From Mustelus asterias (lineage: Eukaryota), in the NCBI RefSeq assembly GCF_964213995.1, contig NC_135817.1, positions 66,402,001 to 66,466,000 of the forward strand: DNA of 64,000 bases, written 5' to 3'. This document shows positions 26,351-40,459 of this stretch, piece by piece (the first letter of the stretch is position 1; each line of letters opens with the position of its first letter). The position numbers and the translations under genes are program-made. The notes under the pieces are model-generated. The model searched no databases and was not told where the DNA came from. It saw only the letters and a list, made by a program, of their open reading frames with translations.

Positions 26351-27249
26351 ATGTTCGTATTGTTGGTAGTTTCAAAATCCATAGTTTTAGTGTGACTATC
26401 ATTTTATAGTCTGAATCAATGTTACTTTGCATAGTAATGTAACATGAGAAACCATTTTAAAAACTAAACCCCTTCCTGTATTACTGGAAACCAGCCAGAT
26501 AAGTTAAATAGACAACCTTAACTGTGAAACAATTTAAAAATATGTAATTAATTCATAGATGTGTTAGTAAGGTTGGCTATATAACATGTAGCACAAAAGG
26601 TTTATAATTTTTACAATTATAAACACTTTACACTTGATTTTAAAACGATTATTGAAAGTCAGAAGAATTGTAAGATGCTGCCTTCCCAGACAGGCATAAC
26701 ATGAACCCTAGACATTTTGTTAACCTTGACTGAAGGAAAGAATAGGCCTTTGTTTAACATGTCTCAATTATAAAGTGACAGAATGTTACATTAATCAATT
26801 ATTGTTCAACACTTGGGCTAACTCAAAAGATAGATCTTAAAAGAAGCCATTGTTTTGAAGTTAAGACAATGTGCTAACTGGTATTTCAACACTCAAATTA
26901 TAGACCAATTGGCTACTTTCCAACAATTGACTAAGGTGGGTTTTCAGCATCTTTATCTTGGGGGTTTGACAAGTTACCCACATTTTCAGGGCCTTCACTT
27001 CATGTCTTGGCCTGAGGAGAGGAGTGAGGCATCTGTTCAATGGTTAAAGTTAAGCTTTCTCCTCTTACTGTTAAATCACTGGGCAGGTGCAGTGAATCAG
27101 GCAAGAACGTAAACCCGCTGGCGTAAAATCTCTTTGCAATTCTCACAATGGCGGGTTAATGGTGGGTTGCTCTTCCTGCTAGCAGGTGGTGTGAACTCCA
27201 TTTGCATTCATTTGTATCTCATGAATGCTCATTAGTGCCCATTAGAACA

Positions 27250-29165
27250 ACTGCATGCCGGTACCAAGATGGCCGTTAGTTTGCCGGAGACTTTGGGGTG
27301 AGTGCAACAACTTTCTGCCATTGTGCTGTGCTGCTCTTGATGTGCTGTTCACCAGTGTGCCGGGGGTACACTGGTTCCCACCTCCATCTCTATGCGAAGC
27401 TGGTCAGCTTATAGCTGGTCCACAGAGATGGACCAAATTGTCATCAGTTAAAACTGGGTCTACTGGCGTGGCCCATTCAGCAAATTGTACTGGACATATA
27501 ATGTCATGTTCCTCCAGACGTTACACTTCGGCCTCGACATTGGCATGTAGGGCATAGGGGACCAGTCGTGCCTTGAAGCGGACCTTTGGGTCTATGTAGA
27601 TCTTAGCCCTAGCACCTCAAACCTTCGTGTGGCCTTCTTGGAACACTTTGGGATATTTCCCAATGACTTTGTTTAAATTGCCAGTACCCATTTTAAAGAT
27701 CTGTTGCCAAACCAGGTGGATTTTCTGTAGCCAGAACCTTCCCAAAAGGTCTGATCCTTGCACCACAATTAGGGGGAGTCGGACTGTCTGTTGCCTGTGC
27801 ATGACTGGGGTTACAATGATCCTAACAATAGGGCTCCCCGATGTACATTGTGGCCAATGTAGCCTTGGTGTCCTGCAGGCTTAAAGGAAAGATGCTCTAT
27901 TAGAGTCACCTAAATGTTTGCTCTCCAATAATAGATACAACGGCTCCTGCGTCTACCTCCAAAACATGTGTTTTGCCGATTTCAGTAGCCTTGTCTGGGG
28001 CGAACCCTGTGACTACAAGTGCAGATGTGGAGATGCCGGCGTTGGACTGGGGTAAACACAGTAAGAAGTTTAACAACACCAGGTTACCTGTTGGACTTTA
28101 ACCTGGTGTTGTTAAACTTCTTACTACAAGTGCAGCCCAGATGTGCTCACTCTTCACTGTATTGTGGGGTGACTTCCCATCTAGTTCTGGAATCTCGTGG
28201 CCTCAGACTCCAATTGGCCTTTCTTAGGAGCAAATAGGAGGCGCGAGTATGATCCATTGGAGACTTGGTTCTATGGTATAGGGGTCACCCAAGGCTGAGG
28301 ACGGTACTGTCTACGGACTCCATAAGCTCCTGGGCCCCTTTTCCCTCAAATCCGCGGTAAAGGGCCAGTTCTGTGGCTTTCTTGAGGTCCAGATTTGGTT
28401 CAATCAGTAGCTTCCATTGGGTTGAAATATTATTAATTCCACATACTAAACGATCCCTTAACAATTCCCGAATTGCTGACCCACACTCAGTGTTCTGTCA
28501 ATGTCCGCAGTCTCATCAAGAATTCAGTGACTGCTTCCCCAGGGAGTCTAGTTGCTATGTTAAATTGGTACTGTTGCAATATAACAGACAGTTTAGGGTT
28601 ATTATGGTTCAATACCATATCTACCAATTTGTCAAAAGATTTTGAATCCGATTAAAGTTTAAACCTTTTATGATGCTGTAAGTCGGGGCCCTGCAAGCAG
28701 TCAGGAGGATAACTTTTTGCTGGTTATCCCCATTTGTCCAGAAGAAATGTCTAACTCTATTGGCATATGTGGACCAATCCTCTACACCCGCATTATAAGC
28801 TTCAGGTTTCCCAAACAGCAGCATTTTCAATATCTCCCCATCACTGTCTTATCGGGATTGTTGAAAGACAAGGCTGTCCAAAACTATTTTTGCTCTTGCC
28901 AATGAAATGACTCAGAAAGCCCGATTAGAAAGGAACATTAGTTTATTACAGAATGCAAAGTAAAACCACTACCATGGTGCACACACACTAGTCCCTGCCT
29001 GGGACTACAGTTCAGCAGGCCCAGTCCTGGGCCTGTCTTATAAAAGGCTAGGTAATGAATTCCAGCTGGACATGTCACTGCCTGCTACCAAGGGGAACTC
29101 ATACTCAACAAGCCCCACAAGGAGATCAATGTGATTCCCCATGGACCTCACAGGGGTTATCAAAG
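27250..29165 (-). mobile_element. Decayed Gypsy (K02A2.6-like) LTR retrotransposon
   Basis: Gag-like MLLFGKPEAYNAGVEDWSTYANRVRHFF..KVILLTACRAPTYSII; protease-region LPLIVVQGSDLLGRFWLQKI; LTR-like segment at ~28903-29165. Confidence 0.75.
28025..28122. mobile_element. Short fold-back Penelope insertion inside the Gypsy remnant
   Basis: 13-bp TSD ACTACAAGTGCAG at 28012-28024 and 28123-28135. Confidence 0.82.
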
Positions 29166-29684
29166 ATAGCATCGCGCTGCTAGACCCACAGACCCTTCTG
29201 TGTCACAGAGTCTGATCAATACTATGCCTGAGGTTGGGGAGTACAGGAGTCTCCTTCACCCTTGGTGCCATACACCAGCGTCTATCTCTACTGGATTGTG
29301 CTAAGGGATTCATGCAGCCACCACAATAAAGGTCCAAAGTTCAACCAGGGGTGTGAAGCGTGAGGTGAGGCCAGGCAATGAGGGATTGTTGCCTAATGAA
29401 GACAAATGGGAAATGTGGAAGGAGGGCTGTGCACAGGATGGTGGGGGCATGCTCATGATGGCAGGCAGAGGGGCAAGGAGGTGGATGAACAATGGAAAGT
29501 AGAGGGAAGATCAAGGGATGGAAAGCTAGATTCGACAAGGCTGCATGAGAAGCTCACAAACAAGGAGATCACATCATTTACTGGAAGGGGATGGGTGAAG
29601 ACTCCAGATGCAGTGGGTAGAGGTCCAAGAGGGGCACAGGCACCTCACATGTGATGGGCATGGGTGGTTGAATCAAGGAACATC

Positions 29685-31085
29685 TCAGGAGGTGCCACAG
29701 GATTGGACAACAGCTAATGTGGTCCCAGTATTTAAGAAAGGTTGCAGAGACAAGCCAGGGAACTACAGACCAGGGAGTCTCACATCTGTGGTTGGAAAAC
29801 TACTGGAGAAGATTCTGAAGGAGAGAATCTATCTCCATTTGGAGAGGCAAGGTTTGATCAGGGATAGTCAGCATGGTTTTGTCAGTGGAGGATCATGCCT
29901 AACAAATTTGACCAAGTGTGTGGATGAGGCTAGTGCAGTTGATATAGTTTACATGGATTTCAGCAAAGCCTTTGACGAAGTCCCACATGGGAGACTTATT
30001 AAGAAGGCTAATGCACATAGGATACAGGGTGATCTGACAAGGTGGATTCATAATTGGCTTAGCGGTAGGAGTCAGAGGGTGGTGACAGACAGCTGCTTTA
30101 GTGACTGGAGGCCAGTGATCAGTGGCGTACCACAGGGATCCGTGCTGGGCCCCCTATTGTTCGTCATTTATATAAATGACATAAATGACTGTGGGGGATG
30201 GGATCAGTAAGTTTGCCGATGACGCAAAGATTGGCCAGGTGGTTAAGTGAGGTTGAGTGTCTTGGGTAACAGGAAGATTTAGACGAGATGGTCAAATGGG
30301 CGGCTAAGTGGCAGATGGAATTTAACCCTGAAAAGTGAGAGTGATGCACTTTGGAAGGAGTAATTTGACAAGGAAGTATACTACGAAACGTCTGACACTG
30401 GGAAGTTCCGAAGAACAAAGAGATCTTGGTGTGTTTGTCCATAGATCTCTGAAGGCAGAAAGGCAGGTTAATAGTGTGGTGAAAAAGGCATATGGCACAC
30501 TCGCCTTTATCAATTGGGGTATAGATTACAAAAGCAGAGGTCATGATTGAGTTGTATAGAACTTTGATGAGGCCACAGCTGGAGTACTGTGTGCAGTTCT
30601 GGTCGCCACATTATAGGAAGGACGTTAACTCACTGGAGGGGATGCAGAGGAGATTCACCAGGATGCTGCCCGGGATGGAACATTTAAGTAATGAAGAGAG
30701 GTTGGATAGGTTTGGATTGTTTTTGTTGGAGCAGAGAATACTGAGGGGTGACCTGAATGAGGTGTTCAAGATTATGAGGGGCATGGACAGGGTGGATAGG
30801 GAGCAGCTGTTCCCCTTTGTTGAAGGGTCAGTTAGAAGTGAGGGGTGGGAGGTTTAGGGGGGATTTGAGGAAAAACCTTTTTACTCAGAGAGTGCACTGC
30901 CTGGGAGGGTGGCGGAGGCGGGATGCCTCACATCCTTTAAAAAGTACCTGGATGAGTACTTGGCAGATCATAACATTCAAGGCTATGGGCCAAGTGCTGG
31001 CAAGTGGGATTAGGTGGGCAGGTCAGGGCATTTCACACATCGGTGCAGACTTGATGGGCCGAAGGGCCTCTTTTGCACTGTAGTA
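29685..31085 (+). mobile_element. CR1 LINE, RT domain to 3' end (frameshifted)
   Basis: ANVVPVFKKG..PGNYRP, QHGF, YMDFSKAFD, GVPQGSVLGPLLFVIYIND, KFADD, LEYCVQFWSP. Confidence 0.93.
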
Positions 31086-31763
31086 TTCAGTGAACAGACT
31101 TCCTCCTGAGTCTGTTAGTCTTTTCCCTCTGGATTGCTGACATCCTGCATAGGCTAGTGAGACAGGTGGGCTGTACTAGTGTTTAAACATGGTGCCAGGA
31201 ATTTCAAACCCATCAGTCGAGGGTGGGCAGATGAGTTTGGGTTGGAGCACAAACACCACCATAGCTCCATTAGACCAAATGTGTTCTAAATACTAGACAA
31301 GACTAGGGGTACGTTACAGCCCAGAAGGGAGCCATTTGGTCCATCATGCCTGCATTCATTTGCAAATGCTATCCAATTAGTCCCGCTTCTTTACTCTTGC
31401 CCCACAGCACTGCAATTTTATCCTCTCGAGTACTTATCCACTTCCCCTTTGAATCTATTTCCATCGCCGTTTCACACAGTGCATTCCCGATTCATCCGGT
31501 GTGAAACGATGTATTCTGATTTCCACCTTTGCTTCTTCCCTCGTTCACCCCCAAACCTGTGCCCTCTACTAACACACACACCCCCCCCCCCGGTACAATC
31601 ACTCTTTAAACGTATCACTTTAAAGCAACCAACCTGTACCAGACCAGACAATCACAAATCTTGCCGCTTTCAGGGTTGGGGGACAACCCGACTTCTCTGA
31701 GACACGAAACAAATGAGAGGAGTGAGAGAGAAGACTGATCAGCCAGTCAAAGCAGCTGTTCCC

Positions 31764-31872
31764 ACTTCCGGACAGAGCTGGAAATTGACACATTGCCGAG
31801 GGGGCGGGGCCTCAACAAGAGAGCACGTGATCAGACCGGCACTGACGTCAGCGCATATTACACCCAGGTCCG
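31764..31872 (+). promoter_or_regulatory. H4 promoter
   Basis: ETS ACTTCCGG 31764-31771; GC box 31801-31810; E-box CACGTG 31824-31829; CRE TGACGTCA 31843-31850; GGTCCG (H4 site-II/HINFP-like) 31867-31872; CpG-rich. Confidence 0.65.
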
Positions 31873-31958
31873 CTCCCGCCGCAGATCAGCTTTGAGCAAA
31901 GCGCTGGGGCGCTCAGTGTTGTGTCGGTGAAGCTGGTTGTAGGTTGTGTGTCTTGTGA

Positions 31959-32279
<321 letters not shown>

Positions 32280-32719
32280 AGTCGCCTCTCGGGTCATCGC
32301 TCAAGACGGACTTTTATCACAGATTGATGGGGGGGAAGGGGGGTGAGACACGGACAGGGCTTTGTGCTGCTTTAGCTCCCAGTCCGTCTTGGGAGACGCC
32401 CATGCCAGCTCCTCATCAGCACGGGTTACTTGTGCGGTGCTGGGATTTCAGATTCCTTTTCTAGCAGCCAAAGTGCTTACCCTGGGCACTCTGCTCATTG
32501 CCTTTGTGCTTCTTTGGGACGGGGATGCCATTTGGATTATGTCCTGAGTTTCGACTTTGTATGATCATGGGGACTTTTGATATTCTGCCTGCTTCTAGAG
32601 GACTCCTTTATTGTGACAAATGGTGCATTTTCTTTTTAAAGTAGTTGTAGACCGCGGGACCAGTGCTGAGATGTTTTTGCTTTTCATTTTGGAACTATGT
32701 TGCTTGCCCATTTAATTGT

Positions 32720-32725
32720 AATAAA
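32720..32725 (+). promoter_or_regulatory. Candidate H4 polyadenylation signal
   Basis: AATAAA followed by a T-rich tract, ~440 nt after the stop codon. Confidence 0.55.
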
Positions 32726-34836
32726 ACTTTTTTTTGTTTTCTAAAAGTCTCCATGCCTTGGTCTTTTATTAGCCCAGCGTTGGTGTAGCCCTGGTAGCAC
32801 AGTGGTTGACACTGCTGCCTCAGCACAGGTTCCGTTCGGGCCTTGGGTGATTGGCGTTTGCATAGTCTCCTCAGGGTGCTCCAAAGATGTGTGGGTTAGA
32901 TTGATTGGCTATGCTAAATTGCCCCTCGGGGGGATTAGCAGGGTAAGTACATGGGGATGTAGCCTGGGTGGGATTGTTGTCCTTCTGCAGTGTAGGGATT
33001 GAGTTGTATGATGCATATTTTGTAAGAAGAATGCATTGTCTTTAACTATCATAAATCTTGTACTGAAGACCGTTTCATAGAACCCCAACAGTGCAGAAGG
33101 AGTCCATTTGACAGCATTTTACCCGGACCCTATTCCCCAATCCCCACATTCTCCCTGCTAATTTCCCCTGACCTACACATCAGGATACTAGGGGGCAATT
33201 TCTCATGGCCAATCCACCTAACCTGCCCATCCTCAGACTGGAAGGAAACTGACATAGGGAGAAGATGCAAATTCAGTAGACAGTCACTCAGCTGGAATTG
33301 AACCTGCTGCCTGCCACCCAACAAAAAGCTTTTCAGTGTCAAAGATAATAAAACAGTTGATTAGTCTTTGATTTACAAATGCAAGTTTTGTTGCAGGCAT
33401 GTGCTTAAGAACAGTATCTGGGAAGGGCATGATGTACTCGGAGGTTTCCACACTATCATTCACGAGGGAATTTACAGCAAAAAAACCCTAGTTTTACTCC
33501 TTGGATGACGGGAATGTCTACTGCAGAGTCCTCAGCACCAGGGATCTGGGTTTGATTCCCAGTTTGGGTCACTGTGTGGACTTTGCATGTTCTCCCTGTG
33601 TCTGTGTGGGTTTCCTCCCAAAGTCCAGAGTTGCTGGTTAGGTGAATTAGCTATGCTAAATTCTTTGTACCTGAACAGGTGCTGGAGTGTGGCAATTGGG
33701 GGAATTTCACTAACTTCATTGCAGTGTTAATGTAAGCCTACTTGTGACTAATAAATGAACTTTAACATTGTGCTAAATGGGATAGAATCATAAATGAAGT
33801 GGTGTTCAGTTGGATGTTCACTGGCTCTGGATTATCAGCAAATTGTATTCAACCACAGTCTAACTTGGGGCCTGACAAATCCCTCAGTCTACCATTATAA
33901 AGGCAAGCAACCTGGTTTAATGAGAAACATGGAGCCAGGAGTGGCATCAACTGTAAAGATAGGGGCTAACCTAATGAAGCTACAACAAAGGGCTATGTTT
34001 ATGCCTGGGATTGAGTGGTGATCTACAATTCTGCTGTGTCTAGTTGTGAGCAATAGTCATACAACACAAACAGGCCCTTTGGCCCACCAAATATCAATTG
34101 ATCCCATTTACCAACACATGGTCTGTAGCTTAGTATGCTTTGGTGATTTAAGTTCTCATCCTGATGCTTCTTAAATATCAGGAGTACCTTCCATATTTCC
34201 ACCACCCTCTGGACAAAAAACCTTTTCCTCAAGATCGCCTCTAAACCGCTTACTCCTCACTTTAAACATATGCCCTCTGGTCTTAGACACCTCTGCCATA
34301 GGGAGCAACCCTATCTATGCCTGGTGGACAACTAACAGAGAAGGTTCCATGTACATTATGGTGGGGTCCATCCATCAAGTTCAGAAAGGCTGATGCTTCT
34401 CTGTCTCCTGAGCATCACAGAAGCCAGTCTTCTGCTAATTCAATACTTTCTATGTGAGGTCAAGAAACGCCGAGCTTGCTGGATCCAACAAAGGCTTTGG
34501 GCCTCTGTAATGCTGAAGACTTGTGCTCCAGAATTATCCACATCTTCGGCCAATCTGTTGCAGTACAGCTACAATTGTACCTTTGCTTTGTCCAACCAGG
34601 TACAAGCTACTTGCTACGTGAAAGAGCATTTAGATTGGAGGGTGGATGAGTAAACTGACTATGGCACCATTGCAGATAAAAAGAAATGTGGTAGTGATAA
34701 GGGGAATAGCTACTGTTCTCTGCCACCATGATTAAAAGTTCCAAAGGTCATGTTGGCTGCCCAGTGCCAGGATGAGGGACACCTGGCTAGAGCCAAACTT
34801 GAGCGGCATAGGGATGATCCAGTTGTTTGGTCCACA

Positions 34837-36268
34837 TTGGAGAAAAAAAGTCATATTCATCAGTTTCACCACACTATCCGGCTGTGGAAAAGTGTTTTGC
34901 CTCATCACCTGATTGTTTTGCCAATATCTTAAAAATCATTGTCCTCTGGTTAACATTTCTCTTGCTAGTGAAAACAGTAAATCTTGAATTGGATACTTCA
35001 GCATTCCAAATACTCGTTGAGCCTACTGACAAAGTCAAGCCAATGATCAAGCAATAGATATGAAAGAGCTGGCTTAGGTTGACTGGATAAATAGACTAAA
35101 AGGAATGGCGGTAAATATACAGTGAGAAAAATTTAAAGAAACAATCCAACAAAAAAACAAAAACTCAGCAATGTCTACTCATAGCTGACAAAGGAAGTCA
35201 ATGGTTGTATTAGATTAAAAGAGATTTATAACAGGGCAAAGAATAATGGTAAGTCTGAGGAGTGTTTCAGAAACCAGCAAAAGGCCACCAAAAAGTTGAT
35301 AAAGGGGAATCAGTCGGTGTGATTTACTTGGATTTCAGAACACAGGTTAATACACAAGATTAGGACTTGTGGAGTTTGAGGCAAAATGGATGGAGGATTG
35401 GTTAATGGGCTGGAAGCAGAGGTTAGGAATAAAAAGGACATTTCAAGTTGGCAGGCTGTGATTTGTGTTACAAGAATCGGTGATATGGCGTCAGCTATTT
35501 ACAATCTGTATTAAATGAATTGGATGAAGAGACCAAGAGCAACATATTGAAGTTGCTGATGATACAAGCTCGGTGAGAATCTAAGTTGTGTGGAGGACAC
35601 CAGGAGGCTAAGTGAGTGGGCAACACAGTAGCAGATGGAGTATAATGTTGGAAAGATGCAAAGTGCAAAGGCGACAGCACCCCCCCCCCCCCAAAACCTA
35701 CCATCCAGAATAACAAGGACGGCAGTGCATTGAAATATCACTACATTTTCTTTCTAGTTACGCACCATCTTAACTTAGAAATATATCACCGTTTCCTTAA
35801 TGTTTCTGAGAAGGTCCTGGAACTGACTGTTGAACAGCTCTGTGGGAATAGCTGCACCCTATGCCTGTAGCAGGTCTGTGGCTCATCGCTATCTTTAGGG
35901 AAACTGAGGATGGGCAATAAATGTTGGTCTTGCTGGTGATTCTCACTCCATGTGAATGAATACATTTTGGATACAATTGTAAAGGATGTGATTTACAGTA
36001 TATTTTCTCTGCTTCTCTTGAGATAAGGAATTTTTAAAACTGTCATTTACTTGGAATAACCCAAAATAAATAATACTAACCCACCGCTGTGGTATTTGGA
36101 ATGCTGAAGTATCCAATTCAAGATTTACTGTTTTCACTAGCAAGAGAAATGTTAACCAGAGGACAATGATTTTTAAGATATTGGCAAAACAATCAGGTGA
36201 TGAGGCAAAACACTTTTCCACAGCCGGATAGTGTGGTGAAACTGATGAATATGACTTTTTTTCTCCAA
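34837..36268. repeat. 177-bp inverted duplication (34837-35013 vs 36092-36268)
   Basis: Both copies give the same peptide (GEKKSYSS..DTSAFQI) on opposite strands; no differences seen by eye. Confidence 0.9.
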
Positions 36269-37113
36269 AATCCTGGAAGCGTACTGGTTGGCAAATATAC
36301 ACATGGATGCCCAGGTAGAAGTGGAACAAGTTGCGAGTGTCCCAATATATTTCTGAGCAGAAGTGAAACTGGGGAGTGATTATTTAAGCTTTGAAATAGA
36401 ACCTTATTTGAATAATGGAGAATCAGAACTCCCTGCATTATGACCTTATGCCAAATTTATTTGGGGGGGGTTTTTGCTTCAGAGGTTGGTATCGACAGCA
36501 CACTTTTGGACAAGATTTGCTGCAGCTGGTTCCTTTACCAGCTAATTCTAAGAGGTTGTAGGCCACAAAATACAGGTCATTTAATATTTTACACCAATAT
36601 TGTTGACATTGTGTTCTGACCGCCAGGCTTTAAAATTATGATCCTGTAAAGAAAGGAATCCTGACACCAGTGCAAATAATGGAAAGACAAGATTTCACTT
36701 TTCAAGTCTTTTAAGTAATAAAAAACATAGATTAAACATTCATGAACATAAACTGATACATTGTGAGATTGAAGTTTCATAGACCTTTTCTGTTCTTTGG
36801 AAACTCATTTTTTATACCCAACTGTTTGTCTAAGTCCCTTCCTGAAAATAGACACCTTTCTGTGGGATGGCTCTACAGCAGCTAAATACCCATTGGCGCT
36901 TTGCTCAAACGACTATTAATCATAGTGAGGCTTGACAGAATGCGAGTCAGCAAGCTACATGATCACCGTGACCATCCTTACTCATTGACCACACATGTGG
37001 AATCCCATGATCACTTTATGCAGACCTGAAGAGGAACCTTGACCAGTTTTGCTCTTCCGATGGTCCAGTTGAAAACAGCTAACTTAGCATAATTCAAATA
37101 TCTCAGCGATTTA

Positions 37114-37718
37114 TCATAGAAACCCTACAGTGCAGAAGGAGGCCATTCGGCCCATTAAGACAACAATCCCACCGAAGCCCTATCCCCATAGCTCCACATA
37201 TTTATTCCACCAATCCCTCTAACCTACATATCCTGGGACACGAAGGGGCAATTTACCATAGTTAATGCACCTAACCAGCACATCTTTGGACTGTAAACTC
37301 ATTGAACCACCAAAGCCTTCCCTCTACTTTTATACAACGTAGGAAGCCATCTTAACTAGTCAAGTCCTACAAGACCAGATTCAAGCAGCAACTTCCCTTG
37401 GGGAAATTTCCTTTCTAAAGTTTATTGATCAGTGTCTCAAGTAGGTTTACATTAACACTGCAGTGAAGTTATTATGAAATCCCCTAGTCGCCACACCCAG
37501 GCGCTTATTTGGGTACACTGAAGGAGAATTTAGCATGGCCAATGCACCTAACCTAACTTTCGGACTGTAAGAGGAAACCGGAACACCCGGAGGAAACCAA
37601 TGCAGACACAGGGAGAACGTGCAAACTCAACACAGACAGTGACCCAAGCCGGGAATCCAACCCAGGTCCCTGGCACTGTGAGGCAGGAGTGCTAACTACC
37701 GTGCCACCATGTCGCCCT
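37114..37718 (-). mobile_element. Two HE1-like SINEs
   Basis: 3' half copy at ~37114-37295 and full alternative-tail copy at ~37418-37718. Confidence 0.78.
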
Positions 37719-37905
37719 TTTGCCCTCCTTTAAAAACCTATGATTTGAATTCAGTCTTTGAAATCTACAGTGTTGTACGGAATCAGAGACAACCAAGGTA
37801 CTGATTTATCACTGATTATAAATTCAGTTTTGGTTCTACACAGATTATAGGAGATCATTCAAAGTCTCAGTCAGACAAAAAAAAACTAAAGAGGATCAAG
37901 TTGGT

Positions 37906-37911
37906 TTTATT
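37906..37911 (-). promoter_or_regulatory. TBC1D23: Candidate TBC1D23 polyadenylation signal
   Basis: AATAAA on the minus strand followed by a U-rich tract, ~1.05 kb after the stop codon; another AATAAA at 38111-38116. Confidence 0.5.
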
Positions 37912-38953
37912 AAAAATACAGACTCTATGGATAACAAAAGGATGTTTATAACTGGCATGCAGGAAGAATGAAGCCAGTGTACATGTAACCCTTGACACGA
38001 AACAATATTGACAGGGAGAAATAGCCATACCATTCGGTTTGAACAGGTTGAAGTCAAAAACTCAAAAGGCTTCTTCTTGGAGGTTTGATGTTAAACTTAT
38101 GGGAAACACATTTATTGTAAATACTGTAATCAGTGTTTAATACTCTGAAATGGCAATGGTTTGTAAACCAGAAATTTCTGACATTACCCTTTTGACATGT
38201 ATGACACGGCACACAGTTTGAAGTGACAATTACTAAAATTAAGATTAAATTCTCCCAGTTTATTTACAGCTGCGTTTTATAAACAGCAGTAAGTGGCATA
38301 CAGTAACATCAAAAATTTATTTGCATTAATTTACTGAAAATTATATTACTGAGAAGCAGGCACAACGTAGAGGTTGCAACAGAAATGCCATAGGGGAACA
38401 GAATTTCAGCGAAAGCATGAACAGAATGTGCACTCTGCAAGTGTATTTTCATGCTAAAAGCCTGATGGAAATAATGTTAGTCCTTTTATATTAAAAAGAT
38501 TTTTTTCAAATTAAGGTGCTTAAACAAAAACATCCAAGGTAAAGTATGTTACTTCTATACAGTGATTATTAAATCTATGGGGAAAATGTTAGTCATTAAG
38601 GAAATTTCATATCAAACTATTTGGGGAAAAAAAACAAATACCTGTATCAACAATAAGTTAAGAATATTCAAATGGACCAAAGTTTTGCCTTCAACACAAG
38701 CCTACCTTTTAGGAGCTTAGTTCTCAAAGAGAGTTCAAATTCCCCGATAATTCCCAGTTTGCTGTGTACCAAATAACAGAATTTAATGCAACACCTACAA
38801 ATCTGGATTAGTTTTGAGTCCAGCTCCAGATGTTCCACTGCTAGAAACAAAATTTCTGGTCGGTCAGTGATCCCAAGGGAAATATTCACCATCTTGTGTG
38901 CGTGTTCTCAGTCTCTTTAGCTTTTGAAGGCAACAGCTTGAGTTTTCGCTTCA

Positions 38954-39064
<111 letters not shown>

Positions 39065-40041
39065 TCAGCATCTGACAATTTTCCATCAAACAGCTCAGTC
39101 ATTCAGAATTTATAGAGAGTCATTTATAATGTCAAGTTTGCAATTCAGACTAACAACCAAACTTATGTTTCCTATTTTGCAGCATATGCAGACACGTGTA
39201 TATTAAAACTAGTATTATCTCTCACTATGTTCACTGGTTAAAAGAAACATCCAAAAGGTGAAATAGAACTCTTTTCTTGAAGTGTCCATCAATAAAATGC
39301 ATCCCAATTTATAATCCATCCAATAATAAAATTAACTCAGCTCTTCCTGATGCAACTATCTTCACCACGTGGTGCTAGCAACTACCACATAAATACAAGA
39401 TCATAAAGGGATGCTGCTTTTTAAAAACTTGATTGAATCTGCAGAGTGGGGTAGGGAAGAATCAAAAGGGTGGAAGCCACTTTAAGGAAAGAGCGTGATC
39501 TAGACAATGCCTCAAATTATCAACACTTATTGTCGCCATGCTATTAACTGACACCTGAGAAAATGAGAAAGCTTGGGGAGAAATGACAATAGATATTTCC
39601 AGGAAGCAGTCACTAATAAAATTAACTGCTTGTTGATATATTTTACAATAGCATTGTCCATGGTCTAAAAGTGGATAATTGGCAATGGAGAGGTAGCTAA
39701 CTGCATTGATCAATAAATAAAATAAAAATGAGTACTGGATGTGGTAATTGAGCATTTTGTCATCAATGCTCAGCGTCACTTGGCATACTATTTTATCAGT
39801 GATGCCACAAAGGCAAGATGGAAAGCAGAGTACGAAAATGCTTTTTGATCACAGAGTGCCTTACATTCTTGTTTATGGAATGGTAGTGGACGTTTGTTAT
39901 ATAAATGTATATAATATATGTGAAATACATTTACTAATGTGTGAATGCAATTGAGGTATTTTCTACCAAAAATATTGCAGTTAAAAGTTGCAATAATCAC
40001 ACGTGAGTTTAAGTCACCAATTACTATTGGACGACACTGTC

Positions 40042-40362
40042 TTCATAGAAATCATAGAAACCCTACAGTGCAGAAAGAGGCCATTCGGCCCATTGAGTCT
40101 GCACCGACCACAATCCCACCCAGGCCCTACCCCCACATATTTTACCCGCTAATCCCTCTAACCTACACATCTCAGGACTCTAAGGGACAATTTTTAACCT
40201 GGCCAATCAACCTAACCCGCACATCTTTGGACTGTGGGAGGAAACCGGAGCACCCGGAGGAAACCCACACAGACACAAGAAGAATGTGCAGACTCCACAC
40301 AGGCAGTGACCCAAGCCGGGAATCGAACCGAGGTCCCTGGTGCTGTGAAGCAGCAGTGCTAA
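40042..40362 (-). mobile_element. HE1-like SINE
   Basis: Near-consensus copy. Confidence 0.85.
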
Positions 40363-40459
40363 TACCAGATCTGGGACTTCCAACCCCACCCAGTACTATC
40401 GGGCCTGAGTCCTGTTTATTACTGTGTTGCTGGGTTGGAGCAGTTTCAATAACTCAGAT

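Noticed and set aside
36270-36620. Possible decayed pseudogene next to the inverted duplication
   Set aside because: No frame yields a recognisable protein; many stop codons.
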